DNA from: Asterias rubens
Lineage: Eukaryota
Reading direction: 5' to 3'
NCBI RefSeq assembly: GCF_902459465.1
Contig: NC_047062.1
Location: 30,690,001-30,754,000 of the forward strand
Length of the DNA: 64,000 nt
Positions 11,326 to 24,445 of this stretch are shown piece after piece. Each line of letters starts with the position of its first letter. Within the stretch, counting starts at the first letter, position 1. Position numbers and translations under genes: made by a program. The notes below the pieces were generated by a model that saw nothing but the letters and a program-made list of their open reading frames with translations, searched no databases and was not told where the DNA came from.

Positions 11326-13358
11326 ATGGAGCGAATTGTCATGCCTGGCGACGAGCTTTGGGATCCGGCTGGCGGCTTTGACTTGACCGCCAACGGCTTG
11401 ACCACCCTCAATAATGGCTTCGACCCCGTGAGCCCGCCACCCCAGCAAAATAACACTGAGACCGATGCGGAGTTCATGCATCGTACAATGCTACGGGAGG
11501 AGTTGAGGGTTAATATACTACAGAGGAGATTGCAAAAAGGTCTCGGGGCGGTCCAGCTTGACTGGAGGTTCACCAAGCCTGAAAATGTAAGGAAAAGTGC
11601 CGCAACATATAAAAAAAAACCACACACCTAAGCACATGTTGTTTTGGTCTTGTTTTGCGTCTACCGCCAAAACTCATGACTAATGTTCCCTCTTGAAGTA
11701 TTATTTCAAAAAGCGGTGGACGTATTATTAATTTATTTAGAATCTAAACCGCACTGCATTTTTAAAAAGGAAGAAACTAAAACAGAACCAACACTCCCAC
11801 AAAGAAAACTTACATATGGATGTACCCGAAAGTTTAATATGTTTGTTTTCTGAATTTTTTCGACGTGAGGATTTTTTTTGTTTCCAAGAGCTACAATCTA
11901 TTATGTTAAAACACCATGTTACGTGAACTTGCTGAATGTCTGTTTTGATGTCCCACTGCCCCTAATATATGTTGGGAAATGGCATTGGTCTATGTCAAAT
12001 AAGTGTAAAGGCTGTTTGTTATTTTTGCAAGAAATAAACAAATTCTTTGATCGGACATGCATCAAATTGTTCCAGAGACCTTTCCTTAAACTTTACCTGG
12101 TTACACTATTGATAGAAGTTGAATTTACAGGGGAAATCATAATTTGATATTCTTTTCCGGAATTTGTCTTTTTCAGCTGACACCAGAAGAGGAAGATCGA
12201 AGAAAACTTCGCCGAGAGAGGAACAGAGTTGCTGCCTCAAGATGCAGGGAGAAACGACGAGAGAGGACGTATGTTCTTGTCAAGGTGAGCCTATAACACC
12301 CAATTCAGACAGGCGCTCCAGGAGTCGCGCCGAACCAAAATCTGAATTAATTACATGAAAAGTTTGACGTCCTCTGAAACAGTTTTAGGAGCGACTGGAC
12401 GCGCTAGCAGTCGGTCGCAACGACTCTGGAGCGACTTCGTTTTAGACGTCAATCATGTCATGAATAGAGCCAATGTAAATGTTATGTTAAGTTTGTCAAG
12501 GCTTTCGTGGGGGTATCTGGGACGGGAGACCACGCACGCGAGTAGCGAAGCCATTCGCTTGGGATCGCGGGCCTCAAAGGCACGAAGACGTTGAGAAAAG
12601 GCTCACCTAGCCTGAGAATTAGCAGTGGTTTCAGCAGCACATTGACACAATTCGCCACTTCAAGGACAAACTTCTTCACTTTATTTCCAATATATAAAAT
12701 TGTAATCGTAAGTGCACTCAAAATGCTTGGTAAAGCGCTACGAAATGGCCGTGTTTTTTTTTCAGGATGCCTGGTGCATCGAAGGACATACACTCATGGT
12801 TGGTTTTATGAGTACCCTTCGTTGCGGGTTACCACGAGAAACCGTGAGAAACCGCGAACACATGACGATTACTACATACTATACATGTAGCCTTTTGGAG
12901 ATACGAGGACACTTTAGAAGTGACTGTTTTGTGTGGGTTGTATACAAATTATATCGACAAAGTGGGTTGTGAAAATAATATAAACTACAGTCTTCTCCTT
13001 CTCCTGAAGGAGAGCAGAGCCTCCTGGTAAAGACGAGCAGAGTATACTGTTCGAAACGTCGAGACCAAACCGGCTCTTTTCAGAGCCAACACTCACCCTA
13101 TAAGAGATTTACACATAGTTATACCCGCAAGTTTACTATTTATTTATAGTTTTTTCTTACAGTCTTTATGCCTCGCTCTTATCATTGCAGGAGACCGACC
13201 AACTTGAAACCAGCAATCAGGAATTAATCCGAGAGATACAACAATTAGAAACGGAGCGCCAGGAACTTGTGGCAATCCTGTCCTCCCATCAGCAGACGTG
13301 TGGCTGCAGCCCTCCCGTACCCAACCCTAGTCTAGATGACCTCCACATTGACCCATGA
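11326..13358 (+). CDS. ATF3: ATF3/JDP2-like (Fos-family) bZIP transcription factor, 178 aa
   Basis: Exons 11326-11586, 12177-12284 and 13191-13358, both introns phase 0. It has the N-terminal LREELRVNILQRR motif, the basic region LTPEEEDRRKLRRERNRVAASRCREKRRERT, and a zipper ETDQLETSNQELIREIQQLETERQELVAILSSHQQTC ending in the Fos/ATF3-type HxxxC. Length and the K|E intron position resemble ATF3. Confidence 0.85.
12999..13140 (+). mobile_element. Penelope-like pLTR remnant with a degenerate minimal hammerhead ribozyme motif
   Basis: GAGCAG-AGTATA-CTGTTC stem, then GAAAC-GTC-GAGA, with TCTC-CTGAAG upstream. The downstream GAGACCAAACCGGCTCTT..CAGAGCCAAC is shared with 35225-35430. The Penelope assignment is inferred from the motif. 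Confidence 0.6.
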
Positions 13359-16300
13359 ACATAAATCTTCACATTTTGTTTTTGTAAAATAATATTTGTA
13401 AATTTTGAAACGCAGTTGTGACTGAAACATATCACACTGCAATGATGTATATTAATTTCAACTTGTACAGTTTTATAAATAAAGAATATGTTTCAGTGTA
13501 TGTGCACCTTAGCCAGGAATTCTGATTATTTCTTTTGTAAATGTAGTTGTGTATCCTATTTTTCACATTATGTGGGGGGGGGGGGGGGGCGATTCGGAGT
13601 TCCATGTTACGTACCAGCGCAAACGTACCAGCGCTATGAAATGGCAATCGCGCAGTAAGCACAACTTAGGCCGCTAAGCAGCTCTATGAAACTGGGCCTT
13701 GGTCATCAGAAAACAACAAATAACAATATTCTAGAGTTATTAGAATGTTTTATTGTTATGAGTCAAGGATGTGTGACTAATTTATATGGGTTGGGGTTTA
13801 AATGTTGAGTACGGTGAAGAACGCCATATACATAAATAGCTGTAAAGCCGTCGTCAATATGCTATAGCAGTGGTTTCAATACGCCTCTCTTAATATTCAT
13901 GCATGACGTCATAACTCTTACCCAGGGAGGCTAACGGCGCACGTCTGCCACCACTTTACTTGCAGTGGCTGCACCTATGGCCTCGTTTCTGTTAGAATTG
14001 TGAAGTACTCCATGCATAAATCTTAAGAGAGGCGTATAATAGAACCCTTCCCATGAAATTATGTAAACCGCACATTGCGCTTGCGCACCAACAATGCCGG
14101 GGGCCAATTTCATAGAGCAAACAATCGCTTATTTTAAACATGTTACTGACTAAAATTTCATGCCATACCCATTGCTTGTGACTAGTATTTAGCTGTTGTT
14201 TACTTGGCATAACAATTGAGTGATGTCTTGGCCGGTAATCTGATTTTACTAAGCAAGGATTTGTTTGCTTAAGCAAAATTTTGTGCAGCTCTATGAAACT
14301 GGGCCCTGGTTTGCAAAGGGAGGGAACAGTTTTTTCTTCTTCTTCCTTACAAGTGCTGCTTCATAAGTGGACATTATACCGTGCCATCCGAATTGGTGGC
14401 TACAGCTACGGCTACGGCTGTTGCTAAGGGTGTTGCTAAGGACGTCCTATACTTCAACGCATGATGACGCGGAAATCTAGCCGTAGCCGGAGCTTCAGCC
14501 GCCTATATGTTTTTAAATAAACCATAAACCAAATATTCGGACACGGGCTCTGCCTACGTGTGTTTGCCAGCCAAGTGGCTGTGCGCGTGCGCGAATGTAA
14601 TTAGCATTTTTTTAGGGTGGGGCAAATTACAAATCCCCATGTGAAATCACAGCAGCTTGACTGTCTCAGCACACTATAGTCATGAAATCTTCAAAACAAA
14701 GATAGGAATTATAACGGTATAAACCCTTTTCACATTACAAAGCCAATTCCCGGGATGATGAGACCCCTGGAAATCCCCGGGGTGTTTTAACCCTACGGCT
14801 TGCCTTACCTTAAGTTTGTTTCACCTTGATGCATTTTTTTTACTGTGAAGAAAAAACACAAGCAAGTGGTATTTTTTGCCCGGGAAATGGCTATTACCCA
14901 GGAGTTTACCGGGTCAGCAATTGTGAAAGGGTTAGCTACATTTTTTTGTCATGGGAATTCCCTGGGAATCTCTGGTGTGAAAGGCTTTTAGTGCAGGCCT
15001 TTTCGAGACACCCAAGTTTCATCACCTAAAATCAACCCTCGAAAGCGACTTGTTGAACTATGTTGTTGAGACTGCACCTTCATTCAATCCCCACTGCTGC
15101 AGGCCAAGTAAACAAAATAACAGTTGATCGTCCAGGTTTGTACACAAAAGAGGAGGATGTTTTGTTTTATTTCTCTTTACGGGTGGCCACCAAGCCTTTT
15201 AATTCGAACTATGACCACCAATTCTTCAGTTTAAAATCCACCACTTAATTTATGTAGTTATGTAAGTTCTTAAAAGATTTGCAAGTTGTGCACAGACAAT
15301 TTGCCTTTTTGAAAACAAAATGTAAAGAAGAAAAAGAAAAAAAGATGTGGTCTTAACAAAAGATGAGGGATTGACGACCAACTGGTATTTCTTTGTATTT
15401 GGCCTTATGGTAAAAACCTTCTAGTGAATAAACACTCTTTGCGTAGGTGTTCATCAGACTGCAATAATGCAATTTCTAGTTGTTTACGTAAACCCTTGGT
15501 AGAAAAAAAATAGTACCCTCTACATACAATTCAACAGACCAAAAGGGCCATTGTGGTAACAATAGAAGTCGGTTGGCATTACCATATAAATAGCTTCATG
15601 TTCATGGTCTTCAAATTTTCAATAAAAGAATTCTTTCTGACTGCTGGCACTACTGGCTTAAAAAAAACCACCCTATTGGTTTTTGGCATAGAGCTTGGTG
15701 TGGGTGTGTCATATTATACTTGGTGAACATTTGGACTTGTTGCTTATTCCATTCGACAGAAAGCTGTTTCATCTGTTATTCGGAAGCTCTCCTCAACAAC
15801 TTGGTAGGTATACAGAGAATGTCAACTGTGTGTTTTCATATCAAGCTATGGTTTTGGATTCATGCCATATTTATGTTTTTTGTGTGATAGTTTATCCAAA
15901 GAAATTGAAGTTTTGTGTGCATGCAGGGTCTTGAACAAGACTTGTAAATAAATTGACAAAAGTGGCGTCTACGTGGGAAACGCTTGGCAATCACATTACA
16001 CGGTTCTTCATTTTTGTTTTCGATATCAAGCTTTGAGACGCCCTTCGGTGGATAAGGCCTTATTATATAAAAAACGATTATTATTGTTATTAAGTAGGCA
16101 TAATCAATCAATCTAGCAAAGATCATAATATTTGTGTTATAAACAAATGTTTGATAATAACTCTTAAAATGAAATGCAAAACAAACTTCTGGTTGCAAGT
16201 CGAAACATCCTTATAAGGTGCTACATAATTGGGTCTCAGAATTCATAACTTCAATAACTTCAAAAGACAGGTCTTTTATTCAGCTGCGCCACGCATCTGG

Positions 16301-16670
16301 AACATTCTACCACTTAATCTTAGAACTTGTCTTTGTACCACAACATTCAAATCTCTTCTCAAAACTTATCTTATGTCACAGGTTTTCAAGGACTAATTTT
16401 TGTTGTGTCTGTTTTTCTTTGTTTTTGTTTTTGTTTTGTCTTGTTTGGTTTGTTGTTGGTTTTACTGCGCCTTGAACACCCAGCAGGGTGGATACGTGTG
16501 CATTACAGGTCTTATTATTATTATTTATTATTATCTTTCTGTAAAAACGTGTATAAGCGCCTTGATAGTACCTTGTTGGTAGATTAGATAGGCTACGTGT
16601 GCTATATTATAAGACTTCGATTTTATTATTATATTGTATTCTGTATTGTATGATGTTTGTATAGGACACC

Positions 16671-19586
16671 ATGCAACAGCAGACCACAACCACAGTCACT
16701 GAGACTACCGTCATCAAGGACCAGCCTGGCGTAGGAGAGAGCCGTACTGTCATAATCCGCGTAAGAAGAATAGCCTTCGGAAACCCTTTTTCGAAACCAC
16801 GGCTTCGGCTTTGGATTCGGCTCCAGGCTCCGTCCTCTCGTCTGAAGCCATGAGCGCGTACGCAAAGCACTCGTAGGAGTGTCGAAACACGGGGCTAAGC
16901 TAGCCTGAGCCGATCCAAAGCCGAAGCTATGGTTTCGAAAAGGGCCAAATAGTGTTAGCCGTAGAGGGGTGTGTCCCTTTTGAAACCACGGCTTCGGCTC
17001 CAGTTTCGGCTCAGACTAGCTTGGGCCCGCGGTTGTTTTGACAATTTTGCACGTGCTTTGCGTACGTGCGCAGGGCTTTAGACGAGAGGACGGAGCCTGA
17101 AGCCGAATCCAAAGCCAAAGCCGTGGAACCGAAAAGGGCCAGAGTGTTAGCCAGAGGTGTGTCTGGGTGTCTGGACCCACATATATATAATATTATTTAT
17201 TTGGCAATTCACAGAAAAATACAAAATTACAAATAATTTTTATACGAAAAGGATAAAGCTCTTAAAAACATTAATTAAATAAATATTTACATCTGGATTG
17301 AAAAACAGTAAAAAGGGGTATACATAAAGATATAAAAAAGGAGGGCAGGCAGTAAAAAAGATTTGTTTATGGATGACTTCTGATTTGTTGCATTAGAGTC
17401 TTCCATACCAAAGAACTGACGACAAGTTGTTCCAGTTAAACTTTGAAATGATTAAAGGCACTGTCCACGACCAGTATTCTCACTTGGTGTATCTCAAAAT
17501 ATGCATCAAATAACAAACCTGTACAAATTTTGATTCAATTGTTTGTTGAAGTTGCGAGAGAATAATGGAAGAAAAAGCACCCCCGTCGCACAAGTTGTGT
17601 GCTTCCATATGCCCTGAAATTCAGTGAGAAATTACTTCTTTCTCCAAAATTACGTTACTTCGGAAGGAGCCGTTTCTCACAAGGTTTTATACGGCTCTCC
17701 ACTGCTAGGTACCAAGTAAGTTGTTATGATAACAATTATTTTGAGGAATTACAAACAGTGTCCAGTGCATTTAAACTTTGAAATGATTAATGTTACATAA
17801 AAGAAATAAAATGTCAATATTTGTTGTGATTTCCACACAGGGCCCTCAGCACGAGCATGATTGGTCATCTGGACTATTTGAATGCACCAAAGATAAGAAA
17901 TCATGTCAGTTTGTAAAATTCATAATCTTTTGCGAAATGTTCCTAGTTCTTTTAGATGATGATACTTTCGTTCATAGCGAAGAAGTTTTCAAAGTGCACA
18001 AGCTTTTACTTTGGACAGGTCCAGTACTATTCTAATGGTACAACCTTTAAGAGCACATGAGTAAGAAAACAGAAAAGACACAACTGAAGAAAATAAATAT
18101 AGTATCTACTTAATTCAAAGATGCTTATCTTTGTTTCTGCATTTCCTCTAGTTAAGTAGTCTTGAAATCAAGTCGGTAAATGTTAAGCGCGGTGTGGTCA
18201 CGGGGACGGACCACTCATCCTTCGACCGTTGCATGAAAGTATAATCGCACTGTGACTGTTGCATGGACGGCAGAATGTGTGTTTGTAGCAAAGACGCAGC
18301 GCCTAACGACTTGTCATCAAGTCTACTAGTTACGCAGAAAACACCGCTTGGCCAACATATTTAAGCAAACATTGACTGGGGAACCAATTAGTGTAATTCT
18401 AGCTGGAAACCTGTTCTGTTAGGCAATATTTTTTTGTGCTTAGCAAGTTTGTTGTGCCTAAAAGCTTTAATACAGGACCCAATTTCATAAGGCTGCTTAA
18501 GCACAAAATTTGCTTAAACTAAAAAAAACTCTAAGTAAAATCAGATTACCTGCCAAGACTCACCTCAATTGTTATGCTATTGTAAACAGCAGCTAAATAC
18601 CAGTCACAAGCAATGTATATGGCATCAATTTTTTGGCAGTAATTTGTGTACAATAAGAATGCTATTTTCGTGCTGAAATTGAACCCTGATAACATGTTTA
18701 TTCTTAGGTTTGATGTCATTCCTGTGCACATGGTGTTTTGATTGCATGCTGGCCAGGCGACTCAATGAGAACTTCTTGATAACCTGCGCCCCCGGTGCTG
18801 AGGTTGCCATGCGCACCAAGCTTCGCACCTCGGAAAATATTAAAGTAAGATCCCACCCAACCCCCGGCCATCCTCAAAAAAATTCCTAATAAATCGATTT
18901 AGAAGAACACAAAATTCCCCACTGAAAAGCACCGTGGACAGTGGCAATTTTGATGTACATAATTGTGTTTTATGTACAGACCGCCCTGCCCTCCCATCGA
19001 CAACAGTTGAGTTGGACAAGAGCCTTTTGCCTTCTTGTGACCCCATGGGGGCGGTGTTCGGTCATTTTGGTCAGTGTTATTTTGTTCAGGACACTCAGAT
19101 TTGTTTGACAGTTTGAAGTGGTTTCCTTGGAAACCACCAACTATGTTTGCGAACACATTTAAAATCGGCCTGTTTTCAAACAAAACTTGTTTTAACAGTA
19201 CTTGTTTTAACATTTTTTAACCGGTTACTTTTTTTTCAAACAACACATATTTCTTTTGCAAACAAACAACACATATTTTAACCTGTTACTTTTTTAAACA
19301 CCACTTGTTTATCTGGTAGTTATCTTTTTCAAAAAACACACTTGCCAGGTACTTTTTCAATGACACATCTTCTAATCGGTTCCTTTTTCAAATAGCACGT
19401 CATTTAGGCATAGTTTCAGTGAAATCTGAATGAACATTGTCGAATCTTCACTGATTGATTTTGTCTTATTCCATCAAAATCACACAGGGCTCCATCTGCA
19501 ATGATTGCTTGACCTGCTACTTCTGCCCGTGTTGCACTCTAGCCCAGATGTCTCGCGAGTTGGACCACGTCGACCACAGGATCTAA
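16671..19586 (+). CDS. PLAC8/cornifelin-family Cys-rich protein, paralog A (129 aa)
   Basis: Exons 16671-16760, 17841-17904, 18708-18844 and 19488-19586 (phases 0,1,0): MQQQTTTTVTETTVIKDQPGVGESRTVIIR-GPQHEHDWSSGLFECTKDKKS-CLMSFLCTWCFDCMLARRLNENFLITCAPGAEVAMRTKLRTSENIK-GSICNDCLTCYFCPCCTLAQMSRELDHVDHRI*. Carries the PLAC8 signatures WxxGLxxC and GSICxDCxxxxxCPCCxxxQMxRE. Confidence 0.92.
16784..17140. mobile_element. Two oppositely oriented copies of a ~160-bp MITE (CCCTTTTCGAAACCACGGC TIRs) in PLAC8-A intron 1
   Basis: Copy A 16784-16945 and copy B ~16975-17140; each has its own TIRs and their internal sequences are reverse complements. Confidence 0.75.
19170..19410. repeat. Degenerate ~30-35-bp minisatellite in PLAC8-A intron 3
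   Basis: Recurring TTTTTCAAA..CAC...AACCGGTTAC-like units. Confidence 0.6.
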
Positions 19587-20173
19587 AGACAGTGTCCACC
19601 AGTCGTCTTCACACGAGAGCAAATTAGCAAGCGTCCCTTGCTAAATTATAGCATGGTTTTTCAAAAAAATGTACCTCTCGTGTGACTAATCGAATGTTAT
19701 ATCCAATGTATGCCTCTTATAATTACAGACCTTTCTTGCCGCAATACTCGCTTAACTTTAGCTGAACAAAATATACAATTTGCTAAAAGTAGTTTAATTA
19801 TAACTATTTTGTTAAATGCTTTAACGTGTAGAGTACACTAAATGTAAGTGCTATTAGGTTATGTGTTTGCAATCGCTGTCAACAAGTCTTCGTTTCGGCG
19901 TTGAAAATGTGTTTTAAGAAGGCTTGTGACTTAGTGCTAATTTAGCGGCACCTTAAACTTTTGCTGCGTTTAGAAGGAAGACTACCTGTAACCATAGAGC
20001 AAGGACAATGCTGAACTAAGTGTGGTTTTGGGGAGGTATGTCGAGTGGTCTTTCTAGTGCTTGTTTTTCTGATTATATTTTATGCGAGATCAAGAATGCA
20101 TCATACTGAATCGATTGCAATTTGAACATGAAAATGACATACTGTGCCACCGTCATGATCTGGGTGACTTTAA

Positions 20174-20562
20174 AGGCAGTGGACACTATTGGTAATCACT
20201 CAAAATAATTATAAGCCCAAAACCTTACTTGATAATGAGTAATGGGGAGAGGTTGATAGTATAAACCATTGTGAGGAACGGCTCCCTCTTACGGGAGCTG
20301 AAGTAATGTAGTTTTTGAGAAAGAAGTAATTTTCCACGAATTTGATTTCGAGACCTCAGATTTAGAATTTGAGGTCTCGAAATCAAGCATCTGAAAGCAC
20401 ACAACTTCGTGTGACAAGGGTGTTTTTCTTTCATTGTTATCTCGCCACTTTGACGACCAATTGAGCTCAAATTTTCACAGATTTGATCGTTTATGCAAAT
20501 ATGTTGAGATACACCAACTGTGAAGGCTAGTCTTGGACAATTAACAATAGTGTCCGGTGTTT
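20174..20562. mobile_element. Kolobok-like TTAA MITE copy
   Basis: Same TIRs and internal sequence as 28824-29202 in the opposite orientation, flanked by TTAA. Confidence 0.8.
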
Positions 20563-21404
20563 TTAAGGACATGTTCGAATTGGCGGTTACAACTTCGACT
20601 CGATCGCTGCCTCAACGTGTGTTATCCCTATAGCACACCCCCGAGCAACATATCTATATACAGTATATATGGTATTTACTGTTGATATATGAATGAAACT
20701 GCAGTGTATGGGACAGTCCGGTTAAAATCCATGCATAAATATAACGCGAGTTTTTGTGGACATACTGACACATTAATATATGACCCAATGTAGTACTATA
20801 TATGCCTGCCAAAAAGGCCTTGGGATGTTCAAGGTCACTGTTTTTGTACAAACAAAGGTTACGAGGTCTTTACGCAGCTTATGTTGAGGCCAACATATTT
20901 GTTTTTCAATTATTATTATTAATAAATGCATTGCATTGATTAGCCATTGAGATGGAAGCTCACAATAGACTCTTGTTTTACACGGTACCGTATTTTTCGC
21001 TATACATTAAAGGCACTGGATACCTTTGGTAATTGTTAAAGACCAGTATTCTCACTTGGTGTAACCCAACATATGCATCAAATAACAAACCTGTGAACTT
21101 GCGCAATTATTTTTGAGTAATTACCAATAGTGTCAAGTGCATTTGGTGCCTGGTACTTTTGTTCAGGAAATTTATCCCGAAAGGACAAGAAGCCAAATAA
21201 TTGTAAAGTTTTTTCTTTTAATCCACGCTTTGGGATAATAAAAAAAAGCAATCAAAACTAACTTGTGAAAGTGTTTTAATGGTATGGTTTTATTATCAAC
21301 ATCAATTCCTTATAATATGTGGATTTTTTTTAAGCGTTGGCCATCAAGGGGCGATCCAGGGAATTGAGGGAGGGAAGTGACACAATGCCACTTGTTGGAC
21401 ACTC

Positions 21405-21796
21405 AACAACCCCAACCCCAATCCACCACACCCCCACCCTGCCCCAGCCCCGACGACCCACCCAGCCCCACCACACCTCACCCCAAACCAACCCACCACA
21501 CCCCAACCCCAATCCACCACACCCCACCGTGCCCCGACCCCAACGACCCACCCAGCCCCACCACACCCCACCCAAACCAACCCACCACACCCCACCCACC
21601 CCAAGCCCACCCAGCCCCACCACACCACACCCAAACCCAAACCCCAATCCACCCAGTCCCACCACACCACAACCCATACCCCGACCCACCCAGCCCCACC
21701 TCACCCCACCCCACCCCAACCCCCCACATCCCAACTCCAACCCATACCTCAACTTTGACCCCAACCCCAACCCCAAAACACCCACCCCAACCCCCG
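21405..21796. repeat. C/A-rich low-complexity tract (CCCCA/CCCAA) with ~90-bp higher-order period
   Basis: Almost free of G and T on the plus strand; the block ACCCACCCAGCCCCACCACACC recurs. Confidence 0.95.
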
Positions 21797-21984
21797 CACA
21801 TACAGCCTACCGGACGAAGGACTGGGAAACTCCTGAGAAAACTTGCCTCTCAAAAACTAGCCAACCCTCCGACTTGAGAAATATCCATTGTACCTATACA
21901 AATAGTTCACCCCTACTTGGGAGATAAATTTCCAGGGAAGTAAAAAAAACTGACGGCGTAAAAATTTCAACAAAAGTTGTGCTT

Positions 21985-22091
21985 GCATTTTCCCGGCCGA
22001 GAATTGGCTAGCATTTCCCGGCCGAGAATTGGCTAGCATTTTCCGGCCGAGAATTGGCTAGCATTTCCCGGCCGAGGATTGCCTAGCATTT
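21985..22091. repeat. 25-bp minisatellite, ~4.2 copies (GCATTTCCCGGCCGAGAATTGGCTA)
   Basis: Head-to-tail units without spacers. Confidence 0.95.
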
Positions 22092-24189
22092 GAAGGGAAT
22101 GGCATGGCGTGTAGATGTACGTACACTTTAAAATGTACTGCAAGGCTGAGAAGGCACCCCATAGCTGCAGCACGCAGGGTACCTCATTACCATATTAATG
22201 TCTTCAGAGTAGGGTTCACTGCTTCTCGCAACTGTCCTATGGTATGCCGCACCATAGGGCTGAGCTAACAATGCACGGTACTATGGCTCAACGGGTCCTT
22301 GCGCTAATGGTTTGACAGCCAGAAGCATTGCTACTTTACATGGGCGTGCCATTACCACAACCGGTATAGGCTATACGGGGATTCAGTATCGAAGGATAGG
22401 AGTTCGAGTATCGGTAAGAATAGCTTTACTGCTTGTGTTGTCAATTGTCTTTAACACAGAGGGATCAATAGGCAGATCGATAGTGTATGTTTCAGTTGTG
22501 TGTGATCGTTGTCAAATCATCTTATAAAGTGAAAGTGTTGGACGTTTGTTTGTTTGGTTCATAACGCACAGCAGTATTGTGTACAATCATGTACGTACAT
22601 GTGTACGTATAGTTAGGCCACTGCCAATAAGTGCATGGAGGTAAAACGAGCACAGCATGAAGGTTACAGCCGTCGATTTCACCAAACTCTTCTCTATTTC
22701 TACCTCCATGCTATAACTTAGGATTAATCTTAGGACTTGGGACGAGTTCAGTTCCGTATCTGAAGACGTAGGACGCATTGAACCCATCCTAAGTTAAGAC
22801 TAGTTACTAGTTAGTCCTTACTCGGTTCGTGAAATCGGCTGTTGGTTAGGTAGCAGCTTTAAGCTCTTGTATGTTTTACCAAAAACATCAAGAAAAGCCT
22901 ATAGGCAGCTTGGAGGCAACCAACTGCGATGTTAAACAAGTGTACTCAAAACGAATATTTTGGTAGCACCATGGGCATGTGCAATGTCTTGATCTTGCTA
23001 TCGGTGTAAGTTGAGATGCCAATTGCGACTTTCCTCCTCTTTAAGATTGCGTGTAAATTATTTTCTCTTCGTTTGTCATTGCCCCCAAGGTTCAGTAGAG
23101 GTGTTAAATCATGGTCGAACAATTATTCCCCTGGGTAAACTTTTCTCATGTGACGTGTTTGTATTTCGTTCAATTGTTGCCTATACATGAGCATTACGTG
23201 TTCAAAAACCAATGGACCCTCTTAAAAAAAAACTCTTCAGTTGCGGGTACAACTTAAAGGCGTCATGCGCTTCATTTTGTGCACATCAGGGTTTTTTGTG
23301 CATTGCTCTGTACACGGTAGGCCTTCTTTAAAATGAAGTTGTCGTGTACACCAGACCCGCACCCTTGGCCTTTCAACCCCATGTGTTGTCCTTGTACGTT
23401 TAGGGGCTAAACCACAATTACATTTCATGAGCTCATTGTAGTAACGAATAAACCATGCAAGGTCGAGTACTACATTTATTAGTATAGTAGATGTTAAATT
23501 TGCATCGGGGATAAAGGATATTCATTTTGTTGTTACACTTACAGATATGTGTATAAGGACTGTGTACTAAGTACTTTCCGATTCCTGTGAATAAAAAAAT
23601 TACAGGCATATATACTTGGGTGTATTGGTGTCACGTTTCTTGTGGGTCAATTAGGCTCAATGTCATGCGACAACAACATTGACGTTTAAGGTTTATTCAC
23701 GAACTTTGGGAACATTTTTTGAGTTTTCTTCAGGCCTAAAGTCTTTCAGGTTCAAATAGTGCAGTGAGAATTTACCTCTCTCTCAAAAACTACATCACTA
23801 CATCACTGTCGTCAACAGCTCTCGTTTGCTTTTTGAGTAATTACCAAACGTAATCAGCATGCCTTTTAATACTCAGTCGTGGTTGAATTCGAATGAGCCT
23901 AGACTTGATTCAAGCCCTGTTCTCGTGCGAGATGTCCCTAAGCGTATCGTGCCAACTAGCAAACACAATGCATAATGTCGTCCAGGTCGCGCATTTTTTT
24001 TTTACGCTATAGCCAATGGGACTGAAAATAAAAGGACTCTGAGGGGATAAGGACTTGAGTCAAGTCTATGAATGAGTCTCACACGTAGACTGACCTTCAG
24101 GACACCACAGCGCTCTTTTGGGTAATTACATTTTACACCAAAACGCCAGCTTTTCCTAACAGGGGGTGTCAACAATCTTCGTGTAAAAT

Positions 24190-24445
24190 GGTGGCTACAG
24201 CTTCGGCTATGGTTAGATGTCTGCGTCATCAAGCGTCGAGGTATAGGCCGTCCTATAGCAACACCCTTAGCAACAGTCGTAGCCGTATTTGTAGCCGCCA
24301 ATTCGGATACATCCATCTTCATGTCCAATGGTGGCTATAGCTTCTGATACGGCTAGATGTCCGCATTTAGTTTGGAAGTATGATGTCCTTTAGCAGAACC
24401 CTTAGCAACAGCCGTAGACGTAGCTGTGAGCCGCCCATTCGGATG
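24190..24445. mobile_element. Two tandem copies of a ~115-bp MITE (GGTGGCTACAGC..GTAGCCGCC), with a third copy inverted at ~14388-14502
   Basis: Shared TIRs, the internal CCCTTAGCAACAG motif and the terminal ATTCGGAT. Confidence 0.65.

Noticed and set aside
20225-20572. Recurrent 60-115-aa ORFs containing LNLRSRNQIRGKLLLS (also 25027, 28937, 45455 and 54422)
   Set aside because: Translations of the multicopy Kolobok-like MITE; frames are not conserved between copies and there are no transposase motifs.
21330-21927. Overlapping Pro/His/Thr-rich and Gly/Val/Trp-rich ORFs up to 196 aa
   Set aside because: Artefact of a stop-free C/A-rich low-complexity tract; no splice context or domain.
21985-22091. 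CRISPR-like interpretation of the 25-, 20- and 19-bp tandem repeats (also 34011-34330 and 52354-52467)
   Set aside because: Units are contiguous with no unique spacers, there are no cas genes, and the context is eukaryotic.
23237-23428. ORF MKCNCGLAPKR... as a GRF-type zinc finger
   Set aside because: Only CxC is similar; the GRxF motif, splice support and length are lacking.
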